NCBI GenBank assembly: GCA_050248855.1
Contig: JBFWRP010000024.1
Location: 21,794-69,858, forward strand
DNA: 48,065 nucleotides
Reading direction: 5' to 3'
Source of the DNA: Planctomycetota bacterium
GTDB taxonomy: Bacteria; Planctomycetota; PLA2; JAEUHO01
Position numbers and translations under genes: made by a program. The stretch's first letter is position 1, and every line of letters starts with the position of its first letter. Below, one piece after another: positions 34,115 to 43,185 of this stretch. The notes beneath the pieces are model-generated. The model saw only the letters and a program-made list of their open reading frames with translations. It searched no databases and was not told the origin of the DNA.

Positions 34115-35800
34115 ATGACAAGGGGTCGCCTCGCTGCCATCGGTCTTCTGTGCGTCCTCGGCCTGTGGCTGGTTCTCCGGGACGACTCGGCACCCGAGGT
34201 TGGAGACGTCTCCACGCCAGCCCCGTCCCCACGTACGGACCCTGGCGACGATCGCACCCCCCTGCTCATTCCGCGAAGTGGGGGCGAGTCCACCGCCGCT
34301 CGGGTCGAGACCACGCCGCAAGACGAGCCGATTGTCAGCGTGTCCGGTCCTGGCGTTGCGGGGCGCGTGCTCTCTCCGCGAGGCCCCGTCGCTGGAGCCG
34401 AGGTGTACGTCGTGAGACCTGCGGCTGACTCCATGGACGAGGCGGGCTATGAACTCCTCGCCCGTGGCTTTGCGAACGGCGACGGCGAGTTCGCGCTTGC
34501 GCTTCCTGCGGGGTGCGGCGGCCAGGCGGTGTCTGTCGGTGCCCTGGCAGCCGGGTGGCAGCGTGACGTCAGGCCCGTGCACCTGCATGTGGCGGACATG
34601 ACGTCGGTGGAGTTGATGCTGGCCGAAGGCGGTCGGATCACAGGCGTCGTGCGCGACGTCAGCGGAGCGCCGGTTCCAGACCTTGAGCTGTTCGTCTCCT
34701 CCACGCCGTACATCACGACCGCTGGTCGGACAGACAAGTACTTCCGCTACCACTCCCTGCGCCATGCGCGGCCGGGGAGTTCCTACTTCGAGACGCGCTG
34801 CCGATCGGACGTGCGAGGTGGCTTCACGGCCACCGGACTTGGAGAAGCCGAGTACACGATCCGTACTACGGATCCAGCGTGGTTCATCACGCAAACGGGA
34901 TCGCGCATTCCCGTCGGCAGCCAGGGTGTCGAGCTGACGGCCGTGCGGGCCATGAGTCTGCGGTTGACCGTGGTCGATGCAAGCACGGGCACGTCGGTGG
35001 GGACCTTCGCGGGAGGAATGGTTGTGTCACGGGGCGGGTTCAACGACTACCAGATGCCGCTCGTGGGTGAGCCGGGGCAGCCCACGATGATCGTGACGTG
35101 GCCATCCCTCCGAAGTGGTGCCGAGTTCCGAGACGGCTTCGATCTGCACGTGACGATTCGGGCTCCTGGTTTCGAGGCGTTCGAGACCGAGATGCGCTTC
35201 GACGAAGCGAACGGGTGGATCCAAGACTGCCGGGCCGAACTACGACGGCTCGAGTTGGGTGTCCTGCGCATCCGGGCCGTGGATGGCCTGGGGCGCCCCG
35301 TGTCGATCCCCCTGGTTGCCACCTTGGTCGCCAGCCCCGATCCGAACGGACGCCCCAACTACTCCATGGAGCCGCACATTGCGCTGCGGCCAACGGACAC
35401 GCCTGGAACCCACGTCATGGAGGCGGGTGTGGGCGACTGGTGGGCCACGGTCCGTCCCGAAGGCCAGTTCGGGCCGGTGCTCGCGTGGAGAGGCCGCGTG
35501 TCCGTAGCTGCTGACGGCACAAGCCGAACTGCCGACGTCGTGATACCCGATCACGGGTCGCTGCGGGTAGTCGTGCGTGGGGATGACCTCGCTGTAGGCG
35601 AGCCGGCTCGGCAGCTGTTCCTGCGGCGCCTCACGCAGCCTGGCGTGTCCAGCAGCATCAAGCTGGTGGGACCCGAGACCACGGTCTCCCCATTCCCGCC
35701 GGGCCGATGGAAGGCGGACGTGGGGCGCGGCGAGGTCACGTGGAGTGGTGAGTTCGAGGTCGTCGTGGGCGAGGAGGCTACGGTCGAGATCACCAGGTAG
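34115..35800 (+). CDS. Membrane-anchored carboxypeptidase-regulatory-like (beta-sandwich repeat) protein
   Basis: N-terminal TM; repeats VAGRVLSPRGPVAGAEV, ITGVVRDVSGAPVPD, SDVRGGFTATGL. Confidence 0.75.
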   Translation: MTRGRLAAIGLLCVLGLWLVLRDDSAPEVGDVSTPAPSPRTDPGDDRTPLLIPRSGGESTAARVETTPQDEPIVSVSGPGVAGRVLSPRGPVAGAEVYVVRPAADSMDEAGYELLARGFANGDGEFALALPAGCGGQAVSVGALAAGWQRDVRPVHLHVADMTSVELMLAEGGRITGVVRDVSGAPVPDLELFVSSTPYITTAGRTDKYFRYHSLRHARPGSSYFETRCRSDVRGGFTATGLGEAEYTIRTTDPAWFITQTGSRIPVGSQGVELTAVRAMSLRLTVVDASTGTSVGTFAGGMVVSRGGFNDYQMPLVGEPGQPTMIVTWPSLRSGAEFRDGFDLHVTIRAPGFEAFETEMRFDEANGWIQDCRAELRRLELGVLRIRAVDGLGRPVSIPLVATLVASPDPNGRPNYSMEPHIALRPTDTPGTHVMEAGVGDWWATVRPEGQFGPVLAWRGRVSVAADGTSRTADVVIPDHGSLRVVVRGDDLAVGEPARQLFLRRLTQPGVSSSIKLVGPETTVSPFPPGRWKADVGRGEVTWSGEFEVVVGEEATVEITR

Positions 35801-35835
35801 CCGGCGTGGGAGGAGTACGTGCGGGCGGGCGTCGG

Positions 35836-36162
35836 CTAGCCAGTCGCGCTCTGCTCGCGCCACTCCACCGCGCCCGCAGCGGTGCGCAATCCCCGCTCGT
35901 TCACCTCGATCTCCCCGAACAGCACGGCCTCCTGGACGTGCGGCGCGAGCCAGAGCAGCCCCATGACCTGCGTGATGCGTGCCCTGCTGACGCCGACGAG
36001 GCGGGCCAGCTCGGCTTGGTCCTTCACGGATCCGGATCGGATGAGGGCCCGCCACTTGTGGGCGAGGGCCAGGACCCGGGCGGCGCGGGGGATGCGCTCG
36101 GGGGGCGGTTCGGGCTCGGGCGCTTGGGCCCGGAGCCGGACGCTGACGGTGACCTCGCTCAC
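35836..36162 (-). CDS. Small HTH-containing protein of the type found after DUF2924-linked recombinases
   Basis: LALAHKWRALIRSG..DQAELARLVGVSRARITQVMGLLWLAPHVQEAVL; GTGA overlap with the recombinase. Confidence 0.8.
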   Translation of the reverse strand: MSEVTVSVRLRAQAPEPEPPPERIPRAARVLALAHKWRALIRSGSVKDQAELARLVGVSRARITQVMGLLWLAPHVQEAVLFGEIEVNERGLRTAAGAVEWREQSATG

Positions 36163-37493
36163 TCGGCGACCTCCCCGGCCAGCGTGCGGATGCCGGTGGC
36201 CTTGAACGTGACGGCGGCGGTCCCGGCGGCCCCGTCGTAGGCGACGCGGTCCACCAGCAGGTGCAGGATCCGTTGCTGCTCCTGGGCGCACAGCACGTCC
36301 CACACGGGGTCGAAGAGCGTCAGGGCGCGCCGTAGCTCGGCGGGCTCTACGGAGCCGCCTTGGGCCTTCACGGCGTCCAGCACGGCGCTCTGGACGGCCT
36401 TGTCGCGTCCGATGGCGCGGATCTGCTCGATGACCAGCGCCTCGATGTCGTGGGCGGGTACGGCGGGCGAGGCGCAGGCGGCCCAGCCCTGGGTGCGCGT
36501 GTGGCGGCAGACGTAGTAGCGATACGCCTTGCCCCGGCGCTTGGTGTGCGTGGCCGTCATGGCGGCGTCGCAGGGGGCGCAGCGCAGGATCCCGGAGAGC
36601 AGCGCGGTGCCCTTGCGTCCCGGTGCCTGACCGGGCGTGGGCGCGTTGTCGGCCAGCGCCTCCTGGACGGCCTCGAACGTCTCCGGCGGGACGATGCCGT
36701 CGTGCTGGCCGTCGTGGACCTCGGTGCCGAGCCGTACCTGGCCGACGTAGACCGGACTCGTGAGCAGCGAGCGGAGCGTGTACTTCGTCCAGGGGCGTCC
36801 GGCCTTCACCGTGTCCTTGCGGGTGGTCCAGGTCTTCGTGGTCCAGCCCCGGCGGTTGAGCGCCTGCACGGTGCCCGTCAGCGAGCCGGTGTCCAGGTAG
36901 AGGTCGAAGATCGCCTGGACGCGCTCGGCCTCGGCGGCGTTGACCACGATGCGCCCGCCTTCGGGTGCCACGTCGTAGCCGAGCGGCGGGGGGCCGCCCG
37001 TCCAGCGACCGCGCTTGCGTGCGGCGTGGACCTTGTCCTTGGTGCGCTCCGAGATCTGATCGCGCTCGTACTGGGCGAAGCAGCTCAGGATGTTCAGCAG
37101 CAGGCGGCCCGTGGATGTCGAGGTATCGAACATCTGGGTCACCGAGGCGAAGGCGACGCCGTGCCGATCGAACAGGTCCATCAGCCGCACGAAGTCGGTG
37201 ATGGACCGGGAGAGGCGATCGATCTTGTAGACCACGACGCAGTCCACCAGCCCGTCCTCGATGTCGGCCAGGAGCCGTTCCAGCGCCGGGCGGTCGGTGC
37301 GCGTGCCGCTGAGGTTCGCATCGTCGTAGCGCGTCGTGAGCAGCACCCATCCCCGGTCGCGCTGGCTCTTCACGTACGCCTCGGCGGACTCGCGTTGGGC
37401 GTCGAGGCTCGAGAACTCGTCGCGCTCGTCGGAGACGCTCTGCCGCGTGTAGAGCGCGACGCGGACGGTGGGGGGCTTGGTGCGGGCGATCAT
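36159..37493 (-). CDS. Large serine recombinase (resolvase + recombinase + Zn-ribbon)
   Basis: VALYTRQS (catalytic Ser), SGTRTDRPAL, YKIDRLSRS, GGPPPLGY, HDGIV, LLSGILRCAPC, YRYYVC. Confidence 0.95.
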   Translation of the reverse strand: MIARTKPPTVRVALYTRQSVSDERDEFSSLDAQRESAEAYVKSQRDRGWVLLTTRYDDANLSGTRTDRPALERLLADIEDGLVDCVVVYKIDRLSRSITDFVRLMDLFDRHGVAFASVTQMFDTSTSTGRLLLNILSCFAQYERDQISERTKDKVHAARKRGRWTGGPPPLGYDVAPEGGRIVVNAAEAERVQAIFDLYLDTGSLTGTVQALNRRGWTTKTWTTRKDTVKAGRPWTKYTLRSLLTSPVYVGQVRLGTEVHDGQHDGIVPPETFEAVQEALADNAPTPGQAPGRKGTALLSGILRCAPCDAAMTATHTKRRGKAYRYYVCRHTRTQGWAACASPAVPAHDIEALVIEQIRAIGRDKAVQSAVLDAVKAQGGSVEPAELRRALTLFDPVWDVLCAQEQQRILHLLVDRVAYDGAAGTAAVTFKATGIRTLAGEVAE

Positions 37494-37990
37494 GACGCCG
37501 CCTTCTTGAGGCCGAAGAACGCCCGACCGTTCCAATGCGAGCCCGTGACCGCCTTGGCGACGGCGGTCAAGCTCCCGTAGGGCTGGCCCTCGTACTCGAA
37601 GCCTTCTTCCAGCACCTTCACGCGCACCGCCTTGCCCTTGTACTGGCGCGTCAAGAGCGTGCCCGGCGGCGGGTCGTTGGACACGGGCATCGGCTCGAAC
37701 GCCACCACCTTGGTCTGGGTGCCGGGTAGTGCGGGCACGTGGTCGGCGCGGCGGGGGCGCACGTCGCAGTCGCGGGCGATCTCGGCGGCGCGTTGCAGCG
37801 CACGCTCCGACAGCCCCCCGTAGGCGATCTCCTGCACGCGCCACGCACAGGCTCGGAACAGCCACGTGCGGTTGCGCGACCGCGTCTCCTCGCCGTACAG
37901 CTCGCGGTAGCGGTCGCGGAGGTCCGCCACGCCCAGGGATTGCAGCGCGAGGACCTCGGCAGCGACCGTCTTCTCGTCGGGGCGCGTCAT
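37490..37990 (-). CDS. DUF2924-domain protein
   Basis: LRDRYRELYG, AWRVQEIAYGGLS, PPPGTLLTRQYKG, GFEYEGQPYGSLTAVAKAVTGSHWNGRAFFGL. Confidence 0.9.
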   Translation of the reverse strand: MTRPDEKTVAAEVLALQSLGVADLRDRYRELYGEETRSRNRTWLFRACAWRVQEIAYGGLSERALQRAAEIARDCDVRPRRADHVPALPGTQTKVVAFEPMPVSNDPPPGTLLTRQYKGKAVRVKVLEEGFEYEGQPYGSLTAVAKAVTGSHWNGRAFFGLKKAAS

Positions 37991-38175
37991 CGGACGGCTC
38001 CCATTGCGGCGTTCTGCGCGGCCAGCGTCAGGTTCACGTCGCGCCGGGGGACGCCCATGCCGACCGCGAAGGCGATCACGGCGCGGTAGCCGCCGTGGCG
38101 GTACTCGATGCGCCGCCCGTCGCGGAACACGGAGACGTAGAACGTGCCGTGGTGGAAGTCGATGGTGGCCGTCAT
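37987..38175 (-). CDS. Hypothetical protein (62 aa)
   Basis: ATGA overlaps at both ends; GGGAGG SD. Confidence 0.6.
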   Translation of the reverse strand: MTATIDFHHGTFYVSVFRDGRRIEYRHGGYRAVIAFAVGMGVPRRDVNLTLAAQNAAMGAVR

Positions 38176-38645
38176 GCGGTCCCTCCCTTTCCAAGGCGCA
38201 CGGTCACGTAGGCCGCGCCCTCGCGTAATTCGCTCGTCGCGGTGAGTCCGGCGTTGCGGAGTGAGGTAGCTACGACCTCGGCTGCCTTGAGATCCGCCTC
38301 GTCGTCGCCGATGCCCTCGCCGACCTCGATCACGGCGCTGTCGCCGGGAACGGGGTGGCACAGCGCGGCGAAGCCTGGGGCGTCCGGTCGTGCGTCGAAG
38401 GCGCGGCAGACCGCCCCCGTCGTGTCGCGCTCGACCCGCGTGATCCAGCCCCGTGAGGCCAGCGTGCGCAACGCCTGCCGGACCGCGTCGAGCAGGGCGT
38501 CGCCGAGCCGGAGCCGAAGGTCGGCCAGCAGCGCCTCGGCCTCCGCAACGTCGCCGCAGAGGCACGCGATGCCGTCACCGACGACCCACGGGTGGCCGTC
38601 GAGCGTCTCGACCCGGAGCGGGCCGGTCATCTCGGGCGGCCTCAT
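38172..38645 (-). CDS. Hypothetical protein
   Basis: ATGA overlaps at both ends; GGAGGT SD. Confidence 0.65.
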   Translation of the reverse strand: MRPPEMTGPLRVETLDGHPWVVGDGIACLCGDVAEAEALLADLRLRLGDALLDAVRQALRTLASRGWITRVERDTTGAVCRAFDARPDAPGFAALCHPVPGDSAVIEVGEGIGDDEADLKAAEVVATSLRNAGLTATSELREGAAYVTVRLGKGGTA

Positions 38646-38884
38646 CGACCACCTCCGTCCCGCGCCCGCAGCAGCAGCGTGCGTGCGGCCTCGACCGACC
38701 GGGTCAGCGCCGTGAGCTGCGCGTCGTAGGCGCTCAGGATCCCGACCGCCCCGAGCATGGCCCGTTCGTCCAGCGCCGCGATGGCCTCTTCGGCAAGCTG
38801 CGCGATGGCGGCGGCTTCGTCGTGCGCGTCCACGAGCATGTGGCGCGCCGCATCCATGAGAGTGCGTTCGGTGGCAGCGGTCAT
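38642..38884 (-). CDS. Hypothetical helical protein (80 aa)
   Basis: ATGA overlaps at both ends. Confidence 0.6.
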   Translation of the reverse strand: MTAATERTLMDAARHMLVDAHDEAAAIAQLAEEAIAALDERAMLGAVGILSAYDAQLTALTRSVEAARTLLLRARDGGGR

Positions 38885-39141
38885 CGGGCCCCCGCCTTCG
38901 TCGTGGCCAGCGGCCAGCCGTCGGGGCCCGCCACGGGCGAGAGCGTCGTGCAGCCGTCCTCGCACCCCAGCGGCCCGAGGTCGTCCGGCCAGTCGCGTAC
39001 GTCGGCCAGCGTCACGCGCTCGACCGCCTGCCCGCTGATGTCGCAGCCCGTGTAGAGCGCCGACATCCCGGCGCAGCACCGGCAGATGCGTCGGCCGTTG
39101 TCGCTCCAGAACACCGCCTCGCGTTCCAGGACCGGCGTCAC
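38881..39141 (-). CDS. Hypothetical Cys-rich protein (86 aa)
   Basis: GTGA/ATGA overlaps; CRCC...CEDGC. Confidence 0.6.
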   Translation of the reverse strand: MTPVLEREAVFWSDNGRRICRCCAGMSALYTGCDISGQAVERVTLADVRDWPDDLGPLGCEDGCTTLSPVAGPDGWPLATTKAGAR

Positions 39142-39380
39142 GCTGCACCACCCTTCGCCAGCGGCGTCCAGACCGTGCGTACCGCCTCGGCCTGCGTCGG
39201 CGCACGAAGCGCCCGGGCCATGCGGCGCTTGGCCTTGAAGCCTGCCACCGCGTCCTCGTAGGCAGCCTGCTGGACCGGCGTCCGGTCCGCCATGTCGCGC
39301 AGGCGTCGTGCGCAGACCAGCGTGCGGGCCGCTGCGGCACGTTCGCAGGCGCTCTGCATGGTCTCGTGGCGGCGCGTCAT
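39138..39380 (-). CDS. Hypothetical protein (80 aa)
   Basis: ATGA/GTGA overlaps; C-terminal KGGAA encodes the SD of the next gene. Confidence 0.6.
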   Translation of the reverse strand: MTRRHETMQSACERAAAARTLVCARRLRDMADRTPVQQAAYEDAVAGFKAKRRMARALRAPTQAEAVRTVWTPLAKGGAA

Positions 39381-39661
39381 GCGGCACCACCCTTCTCGCC
39401 GGTCCCGAAGAAGCGCGGGCCCGAGATCGCCTTGTAGCCCGTGATCGCCAGCGCGACCGCCGTCAGCGAGGCGTAGGGCTTCCCCTTGTAGAGGTAGCCG
39501 TCGGCGGTCACCTGCACCGTGTGCTTGGTGCCCTTGAACGTCTTCTCGATCGTGGACCCCACCGCGAGCTGGGTGGCGCGTCCCCGCTTGCCCTTGGGCT
39601 TCGCGGCCTGCTTCGGGCGCTTCGTCGCGCCCTTCTTCGTGGTCTTCTTCTTGGCAGCCAT
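39377..39661 (-). CDS. Basic Lys-rich N-terminus plus DUF2924 C-terminal-like domain
   Basis: AGGAGG SD; MAAKKKTTKKGATKRPK..; GSTIEKTFKG..GYLYKGKPYASLTAVALAITG..SGPRFFG parallels 37490-37990. Confidence 0.8.
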   Translation of the reverse strand: MAAKKKTTKKGATKRPKQAAKPKGKRGRATQLAVGSTIEKTFKGTKHTVQVTADGYLYKGKPYASLTAVALAITGYKAISGPRFFGTGEKGGAA

Positions 39662-39663
39662 CT

Positions 39664-39879
39664 CTACGGCCTCCTGCGGCCCGGGGCCAACCCCCGCGCC
39701 GTGGACACACAAGGGCTCGGGTCGCGCCCGACATCCACTCCTCTCTTGGCTCGAATTCGAGCCTCCACACCACCTTCCGAGCCCGAATCCGCCATGCTCG
39801 GCGGATGTAAGGGAGCCCCGCCAAGGCGCAGGTACGCCACGGCCAAGATCTGCGCGAGTTCGAGAACGGAAGGATGCAT
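39664..39879 (-). CDS. Hypothetical small protein
   Basis: VLELAQILAVAYLRL helix resembles small ORFs upstream of DUF2924 genes; stop 2 nt before the next start. Confidence 0.45.
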   Translation of the reverse strand: MHPSVLELAQILAVAYLRLGGAPLHPPSMADSGSEGGVEARIRAKRGVDVGRDPSPCVSTARGLAPGRRRP

Positions 39880-40150
39880 GGGTGGGCTCCAAACGAGGTA
39901 GGCACGGGCACATGGCGGCACGGTGGCCCGCGTGGGCCGAGCGGCGGCCCGTCATCCCGGTGGGGGAGACCACGGCGCGAGAGCCAACGTCGAAGCACGG
40001 TGGCCACATGCGCTTCGCCACGACGCGCCGCTAGCTCGTCCAACACCGGCAACAGCGCACGACGGTCCAGCGGGTCCCGTCGCCAGACCGGCGACATCTC
40101 GCAGTTGGGAGCAACTGACGACGGGTGGTCGGCTTGCGTGTTGTGGTCGG

Positions 40151-40672
40151 TCATGGCCGACCTCCCACTCGGTCGTCAGCAAGCGCGTGCATTGGCGGAT
40201 GACACCGACGGCAGACACGCTGCGCGGGATGCGACGAGGTGTACCAGTCGTCCGATCCGCAGGCGTGGCAGCCGCTCGCAGCACCCGTCACCCTGGGCAC
40301 CAAGGAAGAGTCGTGACGCGCCAGCATCCGCAAGATCGATTCATCCGTGACGGCCATGGATCGCAACTGCGCTGGACTCGGGCGATGCCACGCCGGCGGT
40401 AGCCCCGCTGATTGCAGATCCTCCCTGACGCTCGCGCTGCCGTGATGGGGAGGCGGGACTCCAAAGCCGACGGATGGGGGAGTGAGGGGCGTACTTCTCA
40501 CCGTCGCCGTGTCCATCAACGCTGCGAGGACGGCGGCCTGTTCGGCTCGAAGAGCAGATTCCAGGTCCGCATCGAGGCTGCCAACTGGACACGTGAGATG
40601 CAGGCGATCGCCAAGCAGTCGGACGATGATTCCCCTACGACGGGCCTCCGCCAGGGAAGCGGGCTGATTCAC
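40151..40672 (-). CDS. TubC-N-docking-like N-terminus plus CxxC-CxxC Zn-ribbon protein
   Basis: EARRRGIIVRLLGDRLHL...LRAEQAAVLAAL; CHACG..CRRCHPP; GTGA overlap with the primase stop. Confidence 0.6.
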   Translation of the reverse strand: MNQPASLAEARRRGIIVRLLGDRLHLTCPVGSLDADLESALRAEQAAVLAALMDTATVRSTPLTPPSVGFGVPPPHHGSASVREDLQSAGLPPAWHRPSPAQLRSMAVTDESILRMLARHDSSLVPRVTGAASGCHACGSDDWYTSSHPAQRVCRRCHPPMHALADDRVGGRP

Positions 40673-43185
40673 AGCACCACCTCGTCCTGCTCGGACTCGT
40701 CCACGTCGTTGGATAGCCATGTGTTCCGCAAGCACACAACGCGCATGCGTCCGCCCGCAATCGGCATCTTCTTGTCAGGACGTCCCTTCTCGCAAAGCAC
40801 GATGTCGCCGCGATCGAGGAGGTATCGCTTGAGACTCGTCGCATCAGCCTGCAAGGGCTGGCTCGTTCGTCCCGCTACCTCGCTCGCAACTCCGTAGGCA
40901 GCCGTGAAGTTGAGCATCAGGTGCCTCTCATCGATGTAGCCAACGCAGCTCCCGCCCGGGGTTAGCGCCGACGTGTGACTGCCCTCTGCGACCATGGATG
41001 AGGGTCTCCGCCAGCCCAGCAGTTCTGCATCGCCGGGTGCGCCTCCGGCTGCTGAGGCAATGTGGGCCTGTCCGGATTGGATGGCGGAGCAGAGCAGCTC
41101 ACGGAACCGCACGGTGGGCTCTGCCTCCTCCAACTCTTCCGATGCCCTTGCGAGGCCAAGGAGGATCCCGGTCCGAAGCCACTCCAACAGGCTCGCCACG
41201 CGGTCTCGGCTCACCAGGCCCGTTTCGCGCATGAACTCGGCGAGCGTTTCCCCGGTCAGGATCAGTTCGGCGGCGCTGGACGTCATGCGCTTGTGGGAGG
41301 AGCTGTTGACCAACTCCTGGCGGATCTGATCCAGCCGTCCCGGCCACGACTGCATGAGTTCGTCGTAGTGCGGCGCCAACCACTTGAGGAAGGCAGCCAT
41401 GCACGATGCGTACAGGCCGGATGCACCTGCACGTTGTGCGACGTGCAGGTCCGCCGATTGGATGTCGCCGGCTCGAAGCCGAATCGAGATCGTGCGGGCG
41501 GAACCGGAGCGCATCCGGATGCCAACCTCCCCCGTGGCGAGGACGAGAGCTCTCGGGGGGCGAGGCGGACACAGGGTCCCGTCGGGGTTCATGCGCTCCC
41601 GGCCCTGCCGGTTGCCCGTACCACGCAGGACTCGATCGAGATCCCCGTGCTTGCGGTCGATGTCGACCTTGGACCCCTGGGGCGCGAAGTCGTCGATCAC
41701 CATCAGCGCGTCCTTCGCGTGATGCGCCAGGGCTTCCAGCGAGTTGACCGTCGAGCTGAATCCGGCAGGCAAGACGCGGGCATTGAATCCAGCGCCGTAG
41801 AACTGCTGGCAGAGCGCGGCCAGCTCCGTCTTGAAGATGCCGCTCTCTCCGAGCAGGTAGCCGCTGACGTCTGCCTTGCCGATGGCCGCACGGAACGGGA
41901 GGCAGAAGACGGGTGCCATGACGTGCGACGGACCCAGGTTGATCAGGTCGAGCAGGGCCCCGACTGCCTTGGAGAGGTCCTCGCCCTCGGGCGGTTTGGG
42001 AAGATGGAGTGGTTGGAGCGATTGCGGCAGCGCGACGCGGATGTCTTCGCGAGTGCCCCCCCGCGTGATCGCGCCACCGCCGTGGAGGTAGACATGCTCG
42101 TTGTCGATTCTCCGCCACCCGGAGTGGGCATAGGTCGTGCGCGCAACCACCGCTTCGCGGCTGACTTCCTGGATGGCGTTCGCGGCGTGATGGGCCCCCC
42201 GCGAGATGGCCAGGACGTATGCGCCTGTCGGCAGGTGCTGCGACACCCAATCCATCTTGGCGAAGTGGGAGGCTGCGACGTCGAACGTGTACGTCTGACC
42301 GCCGAGCGTCGCGTCGATCGTCAGCATCTTCGTCTTGACGGCACCGTCGTCGTGCGTGTCCTCGACAATGATGCGGGCATCGAACGTCGTCAGCTGTGTG
42401 GGAACAACGCGGTCCTGGACACGCTGGTTGTGCCAGAGGACTCCATCGCGTGACTCGTAGAGGGCCACAGCGGTATCCGTGGGGTCAGCGAGCTGCCGGA
42501 TCTCGTCGGATGCGTGACCAAGAACCCCGTCCGCGCTCCCGCCTGCAACGAAGTAGTCATCCAAGCCGACCTTGGTGCCGCCTGGGCCGCATGGCAGATA
42601 CACGTAGCGCAACACGGCACCGCGCACGTGGAGCGCCCGGGCAAAGCGTTGAAGCGCCAGGTTCACGGCGTGCTTGATCATCACGTCCGAATCGAACACG
42701 ATGTAGACGCTGCGACCCTTGAGGTGGATGTACTCGAAGTCGGGCAGCATCGCCGTGCCGCCGCTGGGGTGCTTCCCTCGGAAGTTCCAGACCCCGAGGA
42801 GCGCGATGCAGGCGAGCCCCCGCTGTGCGCCGGCGTCGGCCTTCTTGCTGCCCTCGGTGATCCAGAGCGGCTTGTCGGCGCTTGCGAGGTCGGGCCGCAC
42901 TCGAGGCGGAACATCGAGTTGCATGGTTGCGCCGCTGGGGAACTCGTACTTGAGGCGCTTGCCCTTCGAGATTCGGGGGTGGTCCGGGCGGATGACCGTC
43001 AGGCTGGACTCGCCCGTGACGTTGTGGACCGGGACCACGAGCGCGGGGACGAGGCGTTGCCTGGGCGTGAAGCCCAGACGCTCCAACTGCGACTTCGTCG
43101 TGGCCGTGAAGTAGCCGCGCTCCCGGACGATCTGGTCGTCCAGGCCCGACTCGCGCAGGTGCTGACGGTGGCCCGCGGACAGCAT
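40669..43185 (-). CDS. DUF3854 (Toprim) primase fused to a DUF927-like helicase; frame open to 43557
   Basis: WITEGSKKAD, IVFDSD, KVGLDDYF; Walker A GESGIFKT, Walker B LMVIDDF, ATGE. Confidence 0.85.
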   Translation of the reverse strand: MLSAGHRQHLRESGLDDQIVRERGYFTATTKSQLERLGFTPRQRLVPALVVPVHNVTGESSLTVIRPDHPRISKGKRLKYEFPSGATMQLDVPPRVRPDLASADKPLWITEGSKKADAGAQRGLACIALLGVWNFRGKHPSGGTAMLPDFEYIHLKGRSVYIVFDSDVMIKHAVNLALQRFARALHVRGAVLRYVYLPCGPGGTKVGLDDYFVAGGSADGVLGHASDEIRQLADPTDTAVALYESRDGVLWHNQRVQDRVVPTQLTTFDARIIVEDTHDDGAVKTKMLTIDATLGGQTYTFDVAASHFAKMDWVSQHLPTGAYVLAISRGAHHAANAIQEVSREAVVARTTYAHSGWRRIDNEHVYLHGGGAITRGGTREDIRVALPQSLQPLHLPKPPEGEDLSKAVGALLDLINLGPSHVMAPVFCLPFRAAIGKADVSGYLLGESGIFKTELAALCQQFYGAGFNARVLPAGFSSTVNSLEALAHHAKDALMVIDDFAPQGSKVDIDRKHGDLDRVLRGTGNRQGRERMNPDGTLCPPRPPRALVLATGEVGIRMRSGSARTISIRLRAGDIQSADLHVAQRAGASGLYASCMAAFLKWLAPHYDELMQSWPGRLDQIRQELVNSSSHKRMTSSAAELILTGETLAEFMRETGLVSRDRVASLLEWLRTGILLGLARASEELEEAEPTVRFRELLCSAIQSGQAHIASAAGGAPGDAELLGWRRPSSMVAEGSHTSALTPGGSCVGYIDERHLMLNFTAAYGVASEVAGRTSQPLQADATSLKRYLLDRGDIVLCEKGRPDKKMPIAGGRMRVVCLRNTWLSNDVDESEQDEVVL

